The notes beneath the pieces were generated by a model that saw only the letters and a list, made by a program, of their open reading frames with translations, was not told the origin of the DNA and did not search any database. A DNA stretch of 64,000 nucleotides. It comes from Vicugna vicugna. Lineage: Eukaryota. The DNA lies in assembly GCA_013265495.1 (NCBI GenBank), contig MU058781.1, positions 1,840,963 through 1,904,962 on the forward strand, given 5' to 3'. The position numbers were made by a program, and so were the translations under genes. This document shows, in pieces, positions 36,950 to 48,965 of this stretch (its first letter is position 1; the number at the start of each line of letters is the position of its first letter).

Positions 36950-38169
36950 AAAAATAAACTCAAAATGGCTTAAAGATTTAAGTATAAGACAAGACACTAT
37001 AAACCTCGTAGAAGAAAACATAGGCAAAACATTATCTGGCATAAATCTTGGCAATGTTCTCCTAGGGCAGTCTACCCAGGCGAAAGCAAAGATAAACAAA
37101 TGGGGCCAAATTAAACTTAGAAGCTTTTGCACAGCAAAGGAAACCATAAGCGAAACCAAAGGACAACCTATGGGATGGGAGAAAATATTTGCAAAAGATG
37201 AGACTGACAAGGGTTTCATCTCCAGAATATATAAACAGCTCATACAACGTAATAATAAAAAAACAAACAATCCAATCCAAAAATGGGCAGAAGACCTAAA
37301 CAAGCAATTTTCCAATGAAGACATATAAATGGCCAATAGGCACATGAAAAAATGCTCAGTATCACTAATCATCAATCAGAAAAATGCAAATCAAAACTAC
37401 CAAGAGGTGTCACCTCACACCTGTCAGAATGGCCAGTATTAAAAAGTCCAGAAACAATAAATGCTAGAGAGGGTATGGAAAACAGTCTGGAGATTCCTCA
37501 AAAGACGAAAAATAGACTTACCATAGGGTCCAGCAATCCCACTCCTGGGCATATATCCAGAGGGAACCTTATTGAAAAAAGATATATGCACCCCAATCTT
37601 CACAGCAGCACTATTTACAATAGCCAAGACATGGGTACAACCTAAATGTCCATCAGCTGATGACTGGATAAAGAAGTTGTGGTATATTTCTACAATGGAA
37701 TACTACTCAACCATAAAAAATAATGCCACTTGCAGCAACATGGATGGGCCTGGAGAATGTCATTCTAAGAGAAGTAGGCCAGAAAGAGAAAGAAAATACC
37801 ATACGATGTCACTTATATGTGAAATCTTAAAAAAAAAAAAAAAGACAAACTTATTTACAAAACAGAAACAGACTCATAGACATAGAAAACAAACTTATGG
37901 TTACCTGGGGGGAAGAGGGTGGGAAGGGATAAATTGGGAGTTTGAGATTTGTAGATACTAATATATATATAATAGATAAAACAAGTTCATACTGTATAGC
38001 ACAGGGAACTACATTCAATATCTTGTAGTAACTTATGGTGAAAAAGAATATGAAAATGAATATATGTATGTTCATGTATGACTGAAGCATTATTCTATAC
38101 ACCAGCAATTGATATATTATAAACTGACTATACTTCAATTAATACATATATATATATAAATTAATTTAA
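36950..38169 (+). mobile_element. 5'-truncated L1 (ORF2 C-terminal part + 3'UTR) with TSD
   Basis: [28 protein letters not shown]...[12 protein letters not shown]...WEKIFA and DICTPIFTAALFTIAKTWVQPKCPS are L1 ORF2p, interrupted by stops and frameshifts. TSD agagaagatgaact (36936-36949) / agaggagatgaact (38170-38183). Confidence 0.95.
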
Positions 38170-39679
38170 AGAGGAGATGAACTTTGAAATGGGTTTTAAA
38201 GTATGAATAGGAGTTCAAGGTAAACTAGAGGAGGAAAGGCAGTAGATAAATAATAGCATAGGCAAAGGAAGCTCTGCTTCTCAGTAGAAAAAGTGTGGTT
38301 CTCCTTTTTAGGTGACTATCAAGTGTTAACTGATCTTGTCTAAAGTTGGCAAAATGCATGGAAGTTAGGCCCTCAGAAAAGCTGAACTTGACATCAGTCA
38401 TGCTTTGGATGCTCATTTGTCATGAACAGACAGTTATGACTACAGAAAACAGATGGTGACATTCTCCAAGACCCTTCTAGGGGAAAATGACCGTGTATAA
38501 CCTGACATATGTCATAACAGACTGATGCACTGGACACGGGATTTGAATTGTGTGTGGCGGTGGATGGGTGATAAGATCAGAACCACTTTTCAGCTTATTT
38601 AAAGGTCAGCTCAAATTAAATGCTTTGCTTCTTGCTGCTGCCTGTGCACTCACTCTTTGGCTGTTATCTGTATAATGATGGTTTGCTGCGAGCTTGGCCT
38701 GCAGCAGTAGAGACAGCCGTGTCCCCTGCCTGCCTTAATGGAGTTTATAAGTTAGCCCAGAACTGATCTTCAGAAGGATGCAAAGCAAATCTATTCTACC
38801 AGTTAGAATATAAGTGATGTTTACAAAGAATAATCAGTGAGACACAGATAATTCCTTGTGAAGATCAGGGATGAAATGGATGAACTCGGGTAGCAGTTTT
38901 ACTGATCTCTGAAGGAGAGAAACGAAACTCTCTCAAACCTCTGTGGACCTTAAGCTTTTGAAGTTTGGGTCTAAGTGGTTCCCTCCAAACCATAGTCCCA
39001 TATTAAGTACAATTTTTGCCTTTAAAAATCGAGGACACATTAAAAAAAATACAATTCAGCTTTTCAAATTATTAGACTATGAGTAACTCATTTAATTTAG
39101 AATTGCCTGTGAGTTCTTGGCAATCATAGGGCAGATTTAGAAGTCTTTGAAAAGTGAGAAAAATCTAACCTACAGATTGTTTTCAAATGTAATGAAATAA
39201 TTATGACATCTACATGTAACAGTTAATGAGGTTGACACTGTGTTGTTTCCTACCCATTTGTCTAAACGTTTATTAATTTCTGTTTTGCAGTTTTTGTGTT
39301 TCGTATTTCAGAGCCAAAATTTTTTATTCAGTGCTCCAACATTCTCGTAGACCCCGGGCATTCTGCCCACAGTGCCTAATGGATAAAACGGCCCTACACA
39401 CAAAACCCAGAGTGAAAACAAAAAAACAATGAAATTAAGCCAAAGTGTCATGTATATGGTTTCCAGATAACTTTGAGAGTTCTTTCCACCCTGTGCAAAA
39501 TTTCTGTAGAACCAAAGAGAGAGCCACAGACTCAAAGAGAGTATCATACGTGCCAGCAATAAGGTATTTGCATATTTGGTGCAGAGTCTGAAACACAAAC
39601 ATGGCTGATCAGTTCAAAATAAACTCTGAGAAAGGAAAGAAAAACACAAGGCGAGAGGCACTAAGTTTTTTTTAAACCC

Positions 39680-39880
39680 CTGCACTGTGAAACTCCGTGC
39701 CAGGTCCTTTCTACATAGTGTTTCATTTAATTCTCACAGCAACCCTAGGAGGTAGTTATGATTAGTCCCATTTTACAGACAAAGAAACCAAAGCCTAAAG
39801 AAGTTCAGTAACTTGACAAGGATTTACAGCTACAGAGAAACAGAACGAGGAACCGGCCTCACCCCAGAGCCTGGGCTCTT
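39680..39880 (-). mobile_element. MIR SINE (other MIR remnants at ~17140-17225, 18600-18720, 22690-22800, 28780-28980, 34070-34200, 34900-35090, 46900-47030, 47920-48090, 56640-56850, 57310-57450, 59800-60020)
   Basis: MIR core catttaattctcacagcaaccctaggaggtagttatgattagtcccattttacagacaaagaaac; the other sites carry the same core or its complement (cctcatctgtaaaatg). Confidence 0.8.
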
Positions 39881-40228
39881 GTCGCAGTACAGACAAGTCT
39901 TCTTGTTTTGTGAAAGGGTGGGGGTTATATGACTTTCTTTCTTTCTCTAACCACTGATTTAATAAGTGATGAATGTCACTGTATGTGGATGGGAGGCAAG
40001 AGGGTGGGTAGGGGCTGGAATTTCCCAGAGAGCAAAGTGATACAAGGCAGAATTCGCTGTCTGTTTTTTTCCCCTAAGTGATTCATTAGTAGGAAAAAAA
40101 AAAAAAACTGTGGTGGATAAAACTTCTGAAGCCCACAGTCTGCAGCGACATCAAGGGAATCTTTAACTGTGGAAAGTCCCGAGTCACCATCAGATTGGAA
40201 CACGTCCATCCCCCATCGTGGCCCCGTC

Positions 40229-40355
40229 ACAGTGCTTCTCAAAGTGCAGTCCTGGACCACCTCCTCCAGAACTAGCCAAGGAGCTACTGAAATGCAGATT
40301 CCCACGGGCTGGGATTCGAGTCTGGGGGAGGCCTGGGCACCTGCATTTTAACACC
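40229..40355. mobile_element. MER5A-like hAT-Charlie fragment
   Basis: cagtgcttctcaaagtgcagtcctggaccacc...aaatgcagattccc...cctgggcacctgcattttaaca. Confidence 0.7.
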
Positions 40356-43161
40356 TTCCCTACCTCTCTGGTAGGGTAAATTTTCCTAAAATTTAAAAAC
40401 CATACCTTAGTGGTTCAGCACTAGATTCCACTGCCTCCTCTTTCTCTCCTTCCATTGCTTTTAAGGACTGTAGCTAAAACCACCAGGAACGCCTGCTGCT
40501 GGGTTTATCACCATTTTACAGAGAGGAAATTCAAAGAGAAAAATGGGAACAGGGCTACATAGCAAGTCAGCAAAACTACTACAAGGAAAACAAAAAAAAA
40601 AACCCCAAACCTGCCTCATCCCCCTTGTACGGGGATTAACTCCTGGGACCTTGGGTTAAGTCATCAGTACGATTCTCACGCACTGAGAAGGTCTGGAGTC
40701 AGGAGTCAGGAACCTCACCGAGGGCATGTTCTAGATAGAAGTTTTTAAAGCAGTTTCTGTTATCAAGAAGGTAAAAATCACCCGTTAGCAGCCAAGCCAT
40801 CTCCACTACGAAGAAAGGATGGAAGGAAGGAAGGAGGGAAGAAGGGAGGAGAAAGGGAAGAGAAGGGCAAAAGCACTCCCACGGGGGTGTGAGCCAGTGA
40901 TCCAGTCGACAGGATGGAAGTGGCAGCGAGAGAACCAGTGTCACTAAGGTGACTTTCAAGGTGAGGTCAGGTGTCCCGGGGAGCGTTTGGCGTTTGGCAG
41001 GGAAGAGCTAGGACCATTCCTCCTGCCCTCCGCATCCTCACCACGTAGCCACCTCAGATCCCGACGGCTCGAAGCTCCGCACTCCGGGCTGTCTGCTCCT
41101 GAGCTCTGGTTAAGTCTCCCCTACGTCTGCGCATCCCCTGAAGGGCTGGCAGACGTCCTTTCCGGAATTTGTCTTCCTTCTATAGGAATCACCTACCTTT
41201 TACTAAACATGAAACATTCCACTGATTTTAGAAGTAAAAATAAACAATCAAAACACTGAGTTCAAATGCCCGAGGGTAACCCCAGCACCTCAACCTCCAT
41301 CCAGGGGACGGCGTGTCAAAGTCTCCCCTGTCTGAGTGGATGGAGGCTGGGAGCGAACCCGCTGTACAGTTACAGCAAACAAAATGGGAAGACGGCTGAA
41401 GTTTTAGACTTTTCAGACTTGGAACTAAAAAGGTTGAGTCTAAAAAGGAAAACACGTCACCTTCCTGCCAAAATAAACCGTGATGAAAGCTTCGACCCCA
41501 CCACCTCTCAGCCAGGCACTTCCTGTACCGGCCTCCCCCGTCTGCCTGCCTCACACTGGCTTCTGCGAGGCAGGGCTATTTTTAAGGTGCAAACAATCAG
41601 GACTAAGGATGAGAGAGGTTATTTATTTATAGTTACACCTTTCAACTGTTCCTTTTTCCCCCTCTGGGGATAGAGGCCTGATCTGGCTTTCCCTTTGAAT
41701 CTCAAACCCCTGGGCTAAGCGCGACTTCTGTGGTCTCCACACAGGGATCCCTGTCCCGGGTGAAACGAGCAGAACTGTTCCCTTCTTGCGGAATTCCTCC
41801 TAACGGACGTACGTGCGGCTTGTGTGGCACCGGTGCGCCTGGGCGGAGCTTTGTAAAACGTACATTTTGTATGAAAGGTGATTTGAAAATACATCTGTGG
41901 CTCTGTTATTTAAGGAATCCAACAGTAAATCTCACCCCACCCCAACCCCCGCATTTTCCTCCCCAACAGAGGATTCCATTATCATGCAGGTCGATATTCC
42001 ATAATTTCCAAGGGTCTGTAAATTCCGACTCTGTATTAGGTTTTCTCAAGGCAGGGCCCATGTCTACAGCATCTTCTAAGAGTCAACAAGATCTTTCTGA
42101 TGTCTAACTGCATCTTTCCTCTTTTAATTCAGGGATCTTTTCTTGCTGTTAAATTGGTCCCTTCTTAATACCAAACCTCACAGGACCCATTGGAGCCCCT
42201 TGGAATTTGCCAGCAAATGGAAGAGAAAAGCTCTCCCTTGCCAGGCTCCCACTGGCATCGGCTTCGTGTTGGCTGTTACCCTCCCCGAGTCCACTGACGT
42301 TATATTCCTCACAGCGCGTTGCCCCACCTGACGTTCAGCGTTTGCTTGGATGCCCTACTCTGGTGTAAGCATCACGGAGGTTACATCCACTCTTTCATCC
42401 ATCACTGCATCACCAGCATCACAAACATGCGAGATGGTTCAAATGCGTTCGCTTTTCTGTTTATCTCAAATTGTGACGATATTTGGAATAGATTGCTGAA
42501 AAGGCCCTTCCCCACTTTTTTTTTTTAATATAACATGATGCCTTCCTAAATACCCTAGTTTCACTATTTTCACCCACCACCTCAGGCATCATTATAGGAA
42601 TTGCCTGAAGGACAAGAGGATGGCTCCTGTCTAAATTCACTGGTCTGTGTGTTTTCAGTGAGTCCCCTTGAAGCTCATAACCCCTACAGAATCAGCTAGT
42701 TGACATGACCCCCTCCCAGCTTCCTTGCTGCCTCTACTTCTGGTGGGTTCTTTGTGCAGCCAGGCCAGTGGGACAGGACTTAGCTTTTGGCTTTTGACAA
42801 AAGTGAGAGTCCTTGCTGGCATCACTGAACTCATGCTGCAAAATTTGGTGCCTTGTACCACTCCAGGGAGAAAGAGAAAAGACTGGAAACTATTTGAGTA
42901 CAGAACCTAGGTCTAAAAGCAGAGCAATCAGAAAGATGGAGAGAAACAACCTGACGATGCAGCGTGACCCGGAACGACTCAGGAACCTTTTACGGCTGTC
43001 AATCAACAGGACTTGGCACGTGGTGGGAGTTCAAGAAAGTCTTGTTGATCAATGAATGAAGAAGCAATGCAAAAATAATGTCCAAGCTAGGGTACTTAGG
43101 TATACTTACTTCTTGCAAGACATACTTACTTCTTGGAAGCTTCTTATTTTCTTATTTTAGG

Positions 43162-43162
<1 letters not shown>

Positions 43163-43198
<36 letters not shown>
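43163..43198. repeat. (AC)18 microsatellite
   Basis: Perfect 36-bp dinucleotide run 55 nt into intron 2. Confidence 0.97.
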
Positions 43199-43199
<1 letters not shown>

Positions 43200-43253
43200 G
43201 AGTGCAGTGGAAAAAATAAGCAGGAACAAAAATCCAGTCCATTATTCACTCAC

Positions 43254-43700
43254 CTTTTTACTTAAGTGGGGACCATTAGCCCCTCCAATGCCTCTCTGCA
43301 CTGATGGTGGTACTTGATACACATCTTGTTCCTGGGTACCATGGCCAGTGGGTACTTGGTAAATTCCCTGATTTTGGTAGGAAGGTGGCACTTGGTAGAT
43401 GGTGTCTCGAGGGCCACCCTGTGGGTTTGGCACTTGATAGAGCTTCTGTGGGCCAAAGGCCTGGGGCATCAGTCCAGAAGTCGGCTGGTCCTGACTGGAG
43501 GAGGTCTCCTGCACAGGGCCAATCAGAAGCTTCACCCGGTTGCCGGGGACAATGCCTTGCCGACCGTGTAAGGAGCAGAGCCACCATCCTTCCAGCCCTC
43601 CTGTGTTCTGCTCTATGACAGTCAGGATGTCTCCCTTGCGAAAGGCCAGCTCCTCAGCACACTCTGGGACGTTGTCGTATAAGGCTCTTGCCATAAGATT
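43254..43700 (-). CDS. NEDD9: NEDD9 coding exon 2: SH3 domain plus four YQVP motifs (149 codons)
   Basis: Acceptor ttccttcctag|AATCTTATG and donor AAAAAG|gtgagt. Translates NLMARALYDNVPECAEELAFRKGDILTVIEQNTGGLEGWWLCSLHGRQGIVPGNRVKLL...GPHLSKK, a Cas-family SH3. Confidence 0.98.
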
Positions 43701-46179
43701 CTAGGAAGGAAAGAACAGAGGGAAATCTTGTTAGCGTCTCAGCTCAGTCCCTCTAACACCTAAAGCCCACGTGCTTACGGGAGGCACACTTCCTGGAAAG
43801 AAGAGAAGAATCTGGACAATAGCCTGTAAGGAGAAGAGCAGATGGTGCAGACGCAAGGCAGATCCATACATCCGGCGTCTGCCACCAATGACATCAGACT
43901 GCCTCCTCGGAAAAGCTCCGAACACCACAAGGGTCCTTCCCTCCAGCCACAGACGCTGTGCCAAGGAATTCTGCGTAGCACTGGTAAGGAGTCAGAGAGC
44001 GTGCTACTTCCTTTCTTAAACCTAGTGGAAGGAATAAAATACCCGTAGGTATTCAAATGTGCTACAAGAGACAGTTCCCTCTCTCTCTCCTTCCCCCACC
44101 CCCCCATATTGGAGGAAGAAAGAGTCAAAGAAAATGCCGGGAATAAACAGCACAAATGGCATTGATATTCTGTGTTAAAATGGAAACAGAAGTGCAATGA
44201 TCTGTGCCTTGGCAGGCCTTAAGGATTCTTACTCTCAGTTGATCAAGAGGTCCTTGGATACAGGGAGAATCGACAAGCAAGTGTTCTCCCCATGGTCTTC
44301 GAGGATGGAGGGCAGCATGACAGTAGTCTCCATCTCCAGATCTGAGGGCGGGGCACTTCAGAGAAGTAACCCCACGTGGGCAGATGCCATCTCTCCCTCT
44401 CTGTTTTTTTTTATTCCTACCTTTCCTGAGGGCCCCCCTCACCCCGCCACTTCATTTCCTACTTCTTGAATTTCGCCATTCACATCAGAAAGGCTCTGCC
44501 TTCCCCTTTCATGGGCCCCAAACACTTTCTCTCTTTGTGTGAAGGCCTGTCTGGCACATCCAGTACTTAGCAGGCAGCCAAAGTAGGCATTCAGCAGAGA
44601 GCGGGCAGGCAGTACGTGCTGACATTCTTGGAAGCCTTTCAAAGGCTCTGAAGATTTCATTTCTTGGCGTTAGGAATGTTCCACGGCACCATAGCAGCCG
44701 TCACCCCATGCCTGCTCCTTCCCGGCACACACAGGAGTCGGGGAACGTTGTAAAGTCATCACGAGCTGTTGGAAAACTCAGAGCGATCTCTTGAGTGCTC
44801 CAGTACAGTGCTGGGGTGCACTCGATGTCCCTGAGGTGACGGTTCCCGGGGGAGAGGGCTGCCTGCTGGACGGGGCATGCTGTTGCGACTGCTCACTCGT
44901 GGAATTTGGGGCTGCTGTTGTTTGGACTTCTGCCCCCTGTTTTCTTCTCTAAAAATATGGATTTGATCTTTCAGTCTAGTGCTTTTCATCCCTTTGTCAC
45001 CGACATACATTAATCGTCTCCCCCTTACTGTGCCCCAATATCCGCAGGTCCTGCCCTGGCGCTGGTTCTCTCTGTGCGGTGGCTGTGTTGTGTGGTCAGT
45101 GGCTGGGGAGGGTCCTCCTTTCACTCTGCTAACCACACTCCTCTTAGTCAGTGCAGCTCCTTAACATGAGGCAAGGAGCTAAAGCCCTAGAAGCCTGGGG
45201 AAACTCTTTAAGAATAAGGTTGAAGCCCTTGCTCTTGACAGTTTCCTGATCTAGGAAGTCTGTGACGTAGGCAGGTGAGCAGTGAGGCAAGCTAAGGGGA
45301 AACTGATGGGTGTGTGTTTCAGGTGAAGGTTTTTGCTCAGTATTTCTATTCCAAGAAGCTCTGGGTTCCTTCTAACAATTAAAAGTTCACATACATAAAG
45401 ATAAAGCCATGCAACATTGTATCCTGGCTTGAGGAACCACATTAAGGATATTTTGGAATCCTAAAATCTCTTATGTTTCTCTTCTTCCATCTTTTGGGTG
45501 TTGTGTTATTGAAAGAAAAGTCACAGTTAAAGAAGACAAGATTCTGGTCCTTGTAGCTAAGTGATCTGAAGGAAGTTACTCCCGCTCAGATGATGGAGCG
45601 GGAAGAGAGCGGACCACCCCGGTCTCTGCCCCTTTCTCTGGGGCCCATTCAACAACTGGGGATGGCTGGTGAGGAAGCCCCAGGACACAGTCAGAACTGG
45701 GAGGGTAGGGGCCAGTTCTGTGGGAGCTGGCGGCAGAGAGCTGTGCAGTTACGTTGGCTACAGAGAAGGGAAAGAAGAGAAACAGAAGCAGCAGAAGGGC
45801 TAAGGACTTCAGGCCTCCTCAGCGTTATTAAGGTTGAGGCATCCGGAGCTGGGTCATGGCCATGGAGCTCCGTGGAACGCTGAAATCCAGCCCTGAGCCA
45901 CACTCGACTCAGGGCAGACAGAAATCCCTGTGTGACAGTTGTTCTGGACGGCCTTGTCTCCTGTCCAGTGCCCTTCCCACCTCCTGTCAGCAGCACGCTG
46001 ACGTTTCTAGACAGGCCTCAGGAGCTGCTTCTCTGGGAAAACCTGGAGACCCTCTTGTGCAGGCGCCACAGAGGGGCGTCTCCTGACTGGCTGTCCACCA
46101 TTTCCCAGAGGTCCTCCCCGCTGCCCCCAGAGACTGGGATGAATGGATAGATAGATGGATGGATTGATTTTTCTCTCTG

Positions 46180-46408
46180 TTCCTTTTTTTTTTTCCTTTT
46201 TTAAAAAAAGTTTTTCTTTTTTATTGACATGTAGTTGATTCACAATGTTAATTTCAGGTGTACAGCACAGTGACTCAGTTGTGCGTGTACATACATACGT
46301 ATATATATTTTTAGATTCTTTTCCATTATAGCTTATTACAAGGAAATGAATATAGTTCCCTGTGCTATACAGTAGGTCCTTGTTGTCTATTTTATATATA
46401 GTAATGTG
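46180..46408 (-). mobile_element. Short L1 3'UTR terminus (similar short ends at ~50035-50168 on + and ~56370-56530 on -)
   Basis: Poly-T, then attgacatgtagttgattcacaatgtt...aatatagttccctgtgctatacagtaggtccttgttgtct. Confidence 0.85.
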
Positions 46409-48199
46409 TGGCGATGGGGATTTAGAAAGAGAGCTTGGCACGGTTGCTAGTGGAGGCACCCAGTGCCAGCCCGACCCCTCACACTGATAGTTATTCTCGG
46501 CCCCGGCTGAACGGGAATAAGTTATTTCGTATCCGTGCTGGCTACGGGGAGCCAGTGTCCACACCCAGCCTCTCTCCCGCACAGAAGCTTATGGTCCAGA
46601 GACCTTCAGAAAACACCTGGACCCGACCTCCCTGTTTCACAGAGGAGGAAACAGGTCTGGGGGGCCAGTTTATCATCTGCACAAGGCCACACTGTTGGAA
46701 TCAGAAATGGGGCTGAACCATGGCCTCCTGGCTCAGTTTCTCCTTCCAGAACTCTAAGCCACCTTAGCTCTCCTGCACAGTGTCTCCTAATTGGGCTCGA
46801 TTCCATTTTCCAGTTAAGCTCTGAAGAGGACAAGTATTTCTGTCATGTCTATGGATAAAATAGGTTCTTGGGGTTTGGGGTCCTGTCTGTGGGACCTGGG
46901 CTGATTACTTCTCCCCTTTGCACCTTAGCGTCCTCATCTGTAAAATGAGAATCAGGATAACGTATACCTGCCTCACAGGTCTGCAGTGAGGATTCAGAGA
47001 GTTAATTCAAGTCAAGGACTTTAACACTGCCGGAGGCTTCGGGAGACGATATAATTTTGTATTTAATGTGTTGATGGCACTTTCGCCTTAAGCTTCCTAC
47101 CAGTTTACCTCCTTGGTTCTCGGTCAGGGGTCGGTCCTGTTCTAATGATGCTATTATGTATCTTTATACACATCTGATATTTCTCTTGCTCACAATTGTA
47201 TTTCAGGAGAACTATATCTTGAAGCAATATTTCTCTGAATTACTAATGAGTTCTGGTCATTGCAACCTCTTGTCAAGTATTTGCCTACAAACAGCAATAG
47301 TGCAATTATTGGTTGCACTCTAAAGATCTTCTGTGACAAAATAATAATAATTAATAATATTACTGGACAAATTATGGATGAATCTCATTAGAGTCCAGCA
47401 GAATACAGTCCATCAAAAGTAGGGAGGAACACGGGTAAGGCGCTTGGCTTTTGAAACTACCTGGTGTGTTGGGGCAAAAGTTCAGTTAGAAGCTAACAGC
47501 AAAGTTAACTTCAGCCAGAACACAAACCATCTATCTCATTTAAAAGCGCACAAGCAATCATAAACAGTCAGATCAAGAGTGAGTTTCTCTGGCCAGGAGA
47601 AGGTGGAAGGACCCTCCCCTTCATGTAGAGTTGTGACTCCTTAAGGCCACAAAGGCATAAGGTGATTATCTGAACATCTTAGAAAAGCCCAGGAGAGGCA
47701 GTTTGTCTGTTCAAGGCCTCCTCTTTCTCCCACCTTCCCTGGGATATTTATCTCCAGGGCAGGAAAGGTCAACACAGAAACACATCAAGGAGAGATAAGA
47801 CAGCTCTGTAATTCTATGTTCAGTTGGAGGGTCAGCCCCCGGAGGCTGGCAGTTACAAATGCAGCCAGAGCTCGGCAAAGCACCAGAACAGTCGGGGCAC
47901 AGAACCTGAAAGCCAGAGAAGCTTCAGACAATTATAGCCCAACTCTTTCATGTTGCAAATGAGAACAATGAGGCCCAGGAAGTTAATGATTTGCCAAGTC
48001 ACCTGGCAAGAAGGTCCCAGAGCTAAGAATCCGGGCCTCCTGCCTCCGGCTCCAGGATTAGGACAGATGCACGTGTTACCAACGCTGTGCCTCTAACTGG
48101 GACTGGAAATCTGCATTGAGAGCCAGCAGTCCTACATGAGGAACCTAACTGTACCAGCCTCGAGCACCGGTCCCCGCCCGGTCTTCCTTGACGCCGTCT

Positions 48200-48965
48200 T
48201 CTGGTTCCCACGATGACACTTCCTGCTTCTCCCTCTGGTTCTCATGGCCTCTCATCGTCCTTCTCCTTCACAGACTGATGTCCCCCCATCTCTTCAGTAA
48301 TCATGCTCCCAAGGGATCTCTCCTTTGCACCTTTCCCTTCTCTGTGAGCTCACTCCCTGCAGGAAGTCTCATCTAGGCCGATGGCACCTGAACACGCAGG
48401 TAACACTGAGCTCCACAGCCCCAGCCTAGCTGTTTCTTCTGCGCACCGGTCCCTTATTTCCGATTGTGTAATGGGTATCTTCACCTTTAACTCGACAAGA
48501 GCAAAAACCCCTTTCTCCTGCTCTCAGTTAATGGCATGCACACAGCTGCCTGAGATCGGAGCCTCGGCGGTTTGCTGAGTCACTTCACAACCTGAACCCC
48601 AACCAGCTGGGGTCCGTCCTGCTCACCCTCCTCACAGTCACTCCTTGCTCAGTCCCTCAGCAACTTTTCTGGGGGGAAGGTGGGTGGGTATAGCAACTGC
48701 TTCCCAACTGGTTTTCCTGCATTCAGCCTCTTCCCACTTTAAAACCCATCTTCCACATAACCAGCGGAGCTATCTCCCCTAAACCGATCTCATTATTTCC
48801 CTTTCCAGTTCTCTGTAATAGTATTTCTCACAGTATTATTGTATTATACCACTCAAGACAGTCAACTCCTTACGTTCAGGGAGGCTGTTACTCTTTTGGC
48901 ATTTCCAGAACTTTACCCCAGTGTCTAAAATAAAATACACACTCATTAAGTGTTTGCTAACTTGA
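48200..48965 (+). mobile_element. L2 LINE remnant (another at ~8380-8600)
   Basis: Pyrimidine-rich L2-type motifs (agcaactgcttcccaactggttttcctgcattcagcctcttcccact...catcttccacataaccag) ending in an L2 tail, cactcattaagtgtttgctaa. Confidence 0.55.

Noticed and set aside
36830..38138. Several 95-181 aa ORFs on both strands
   Set aside because: Fragments of a truncated, frameshifted L1 ORF2 and its antisense; not a host gene or an active element.
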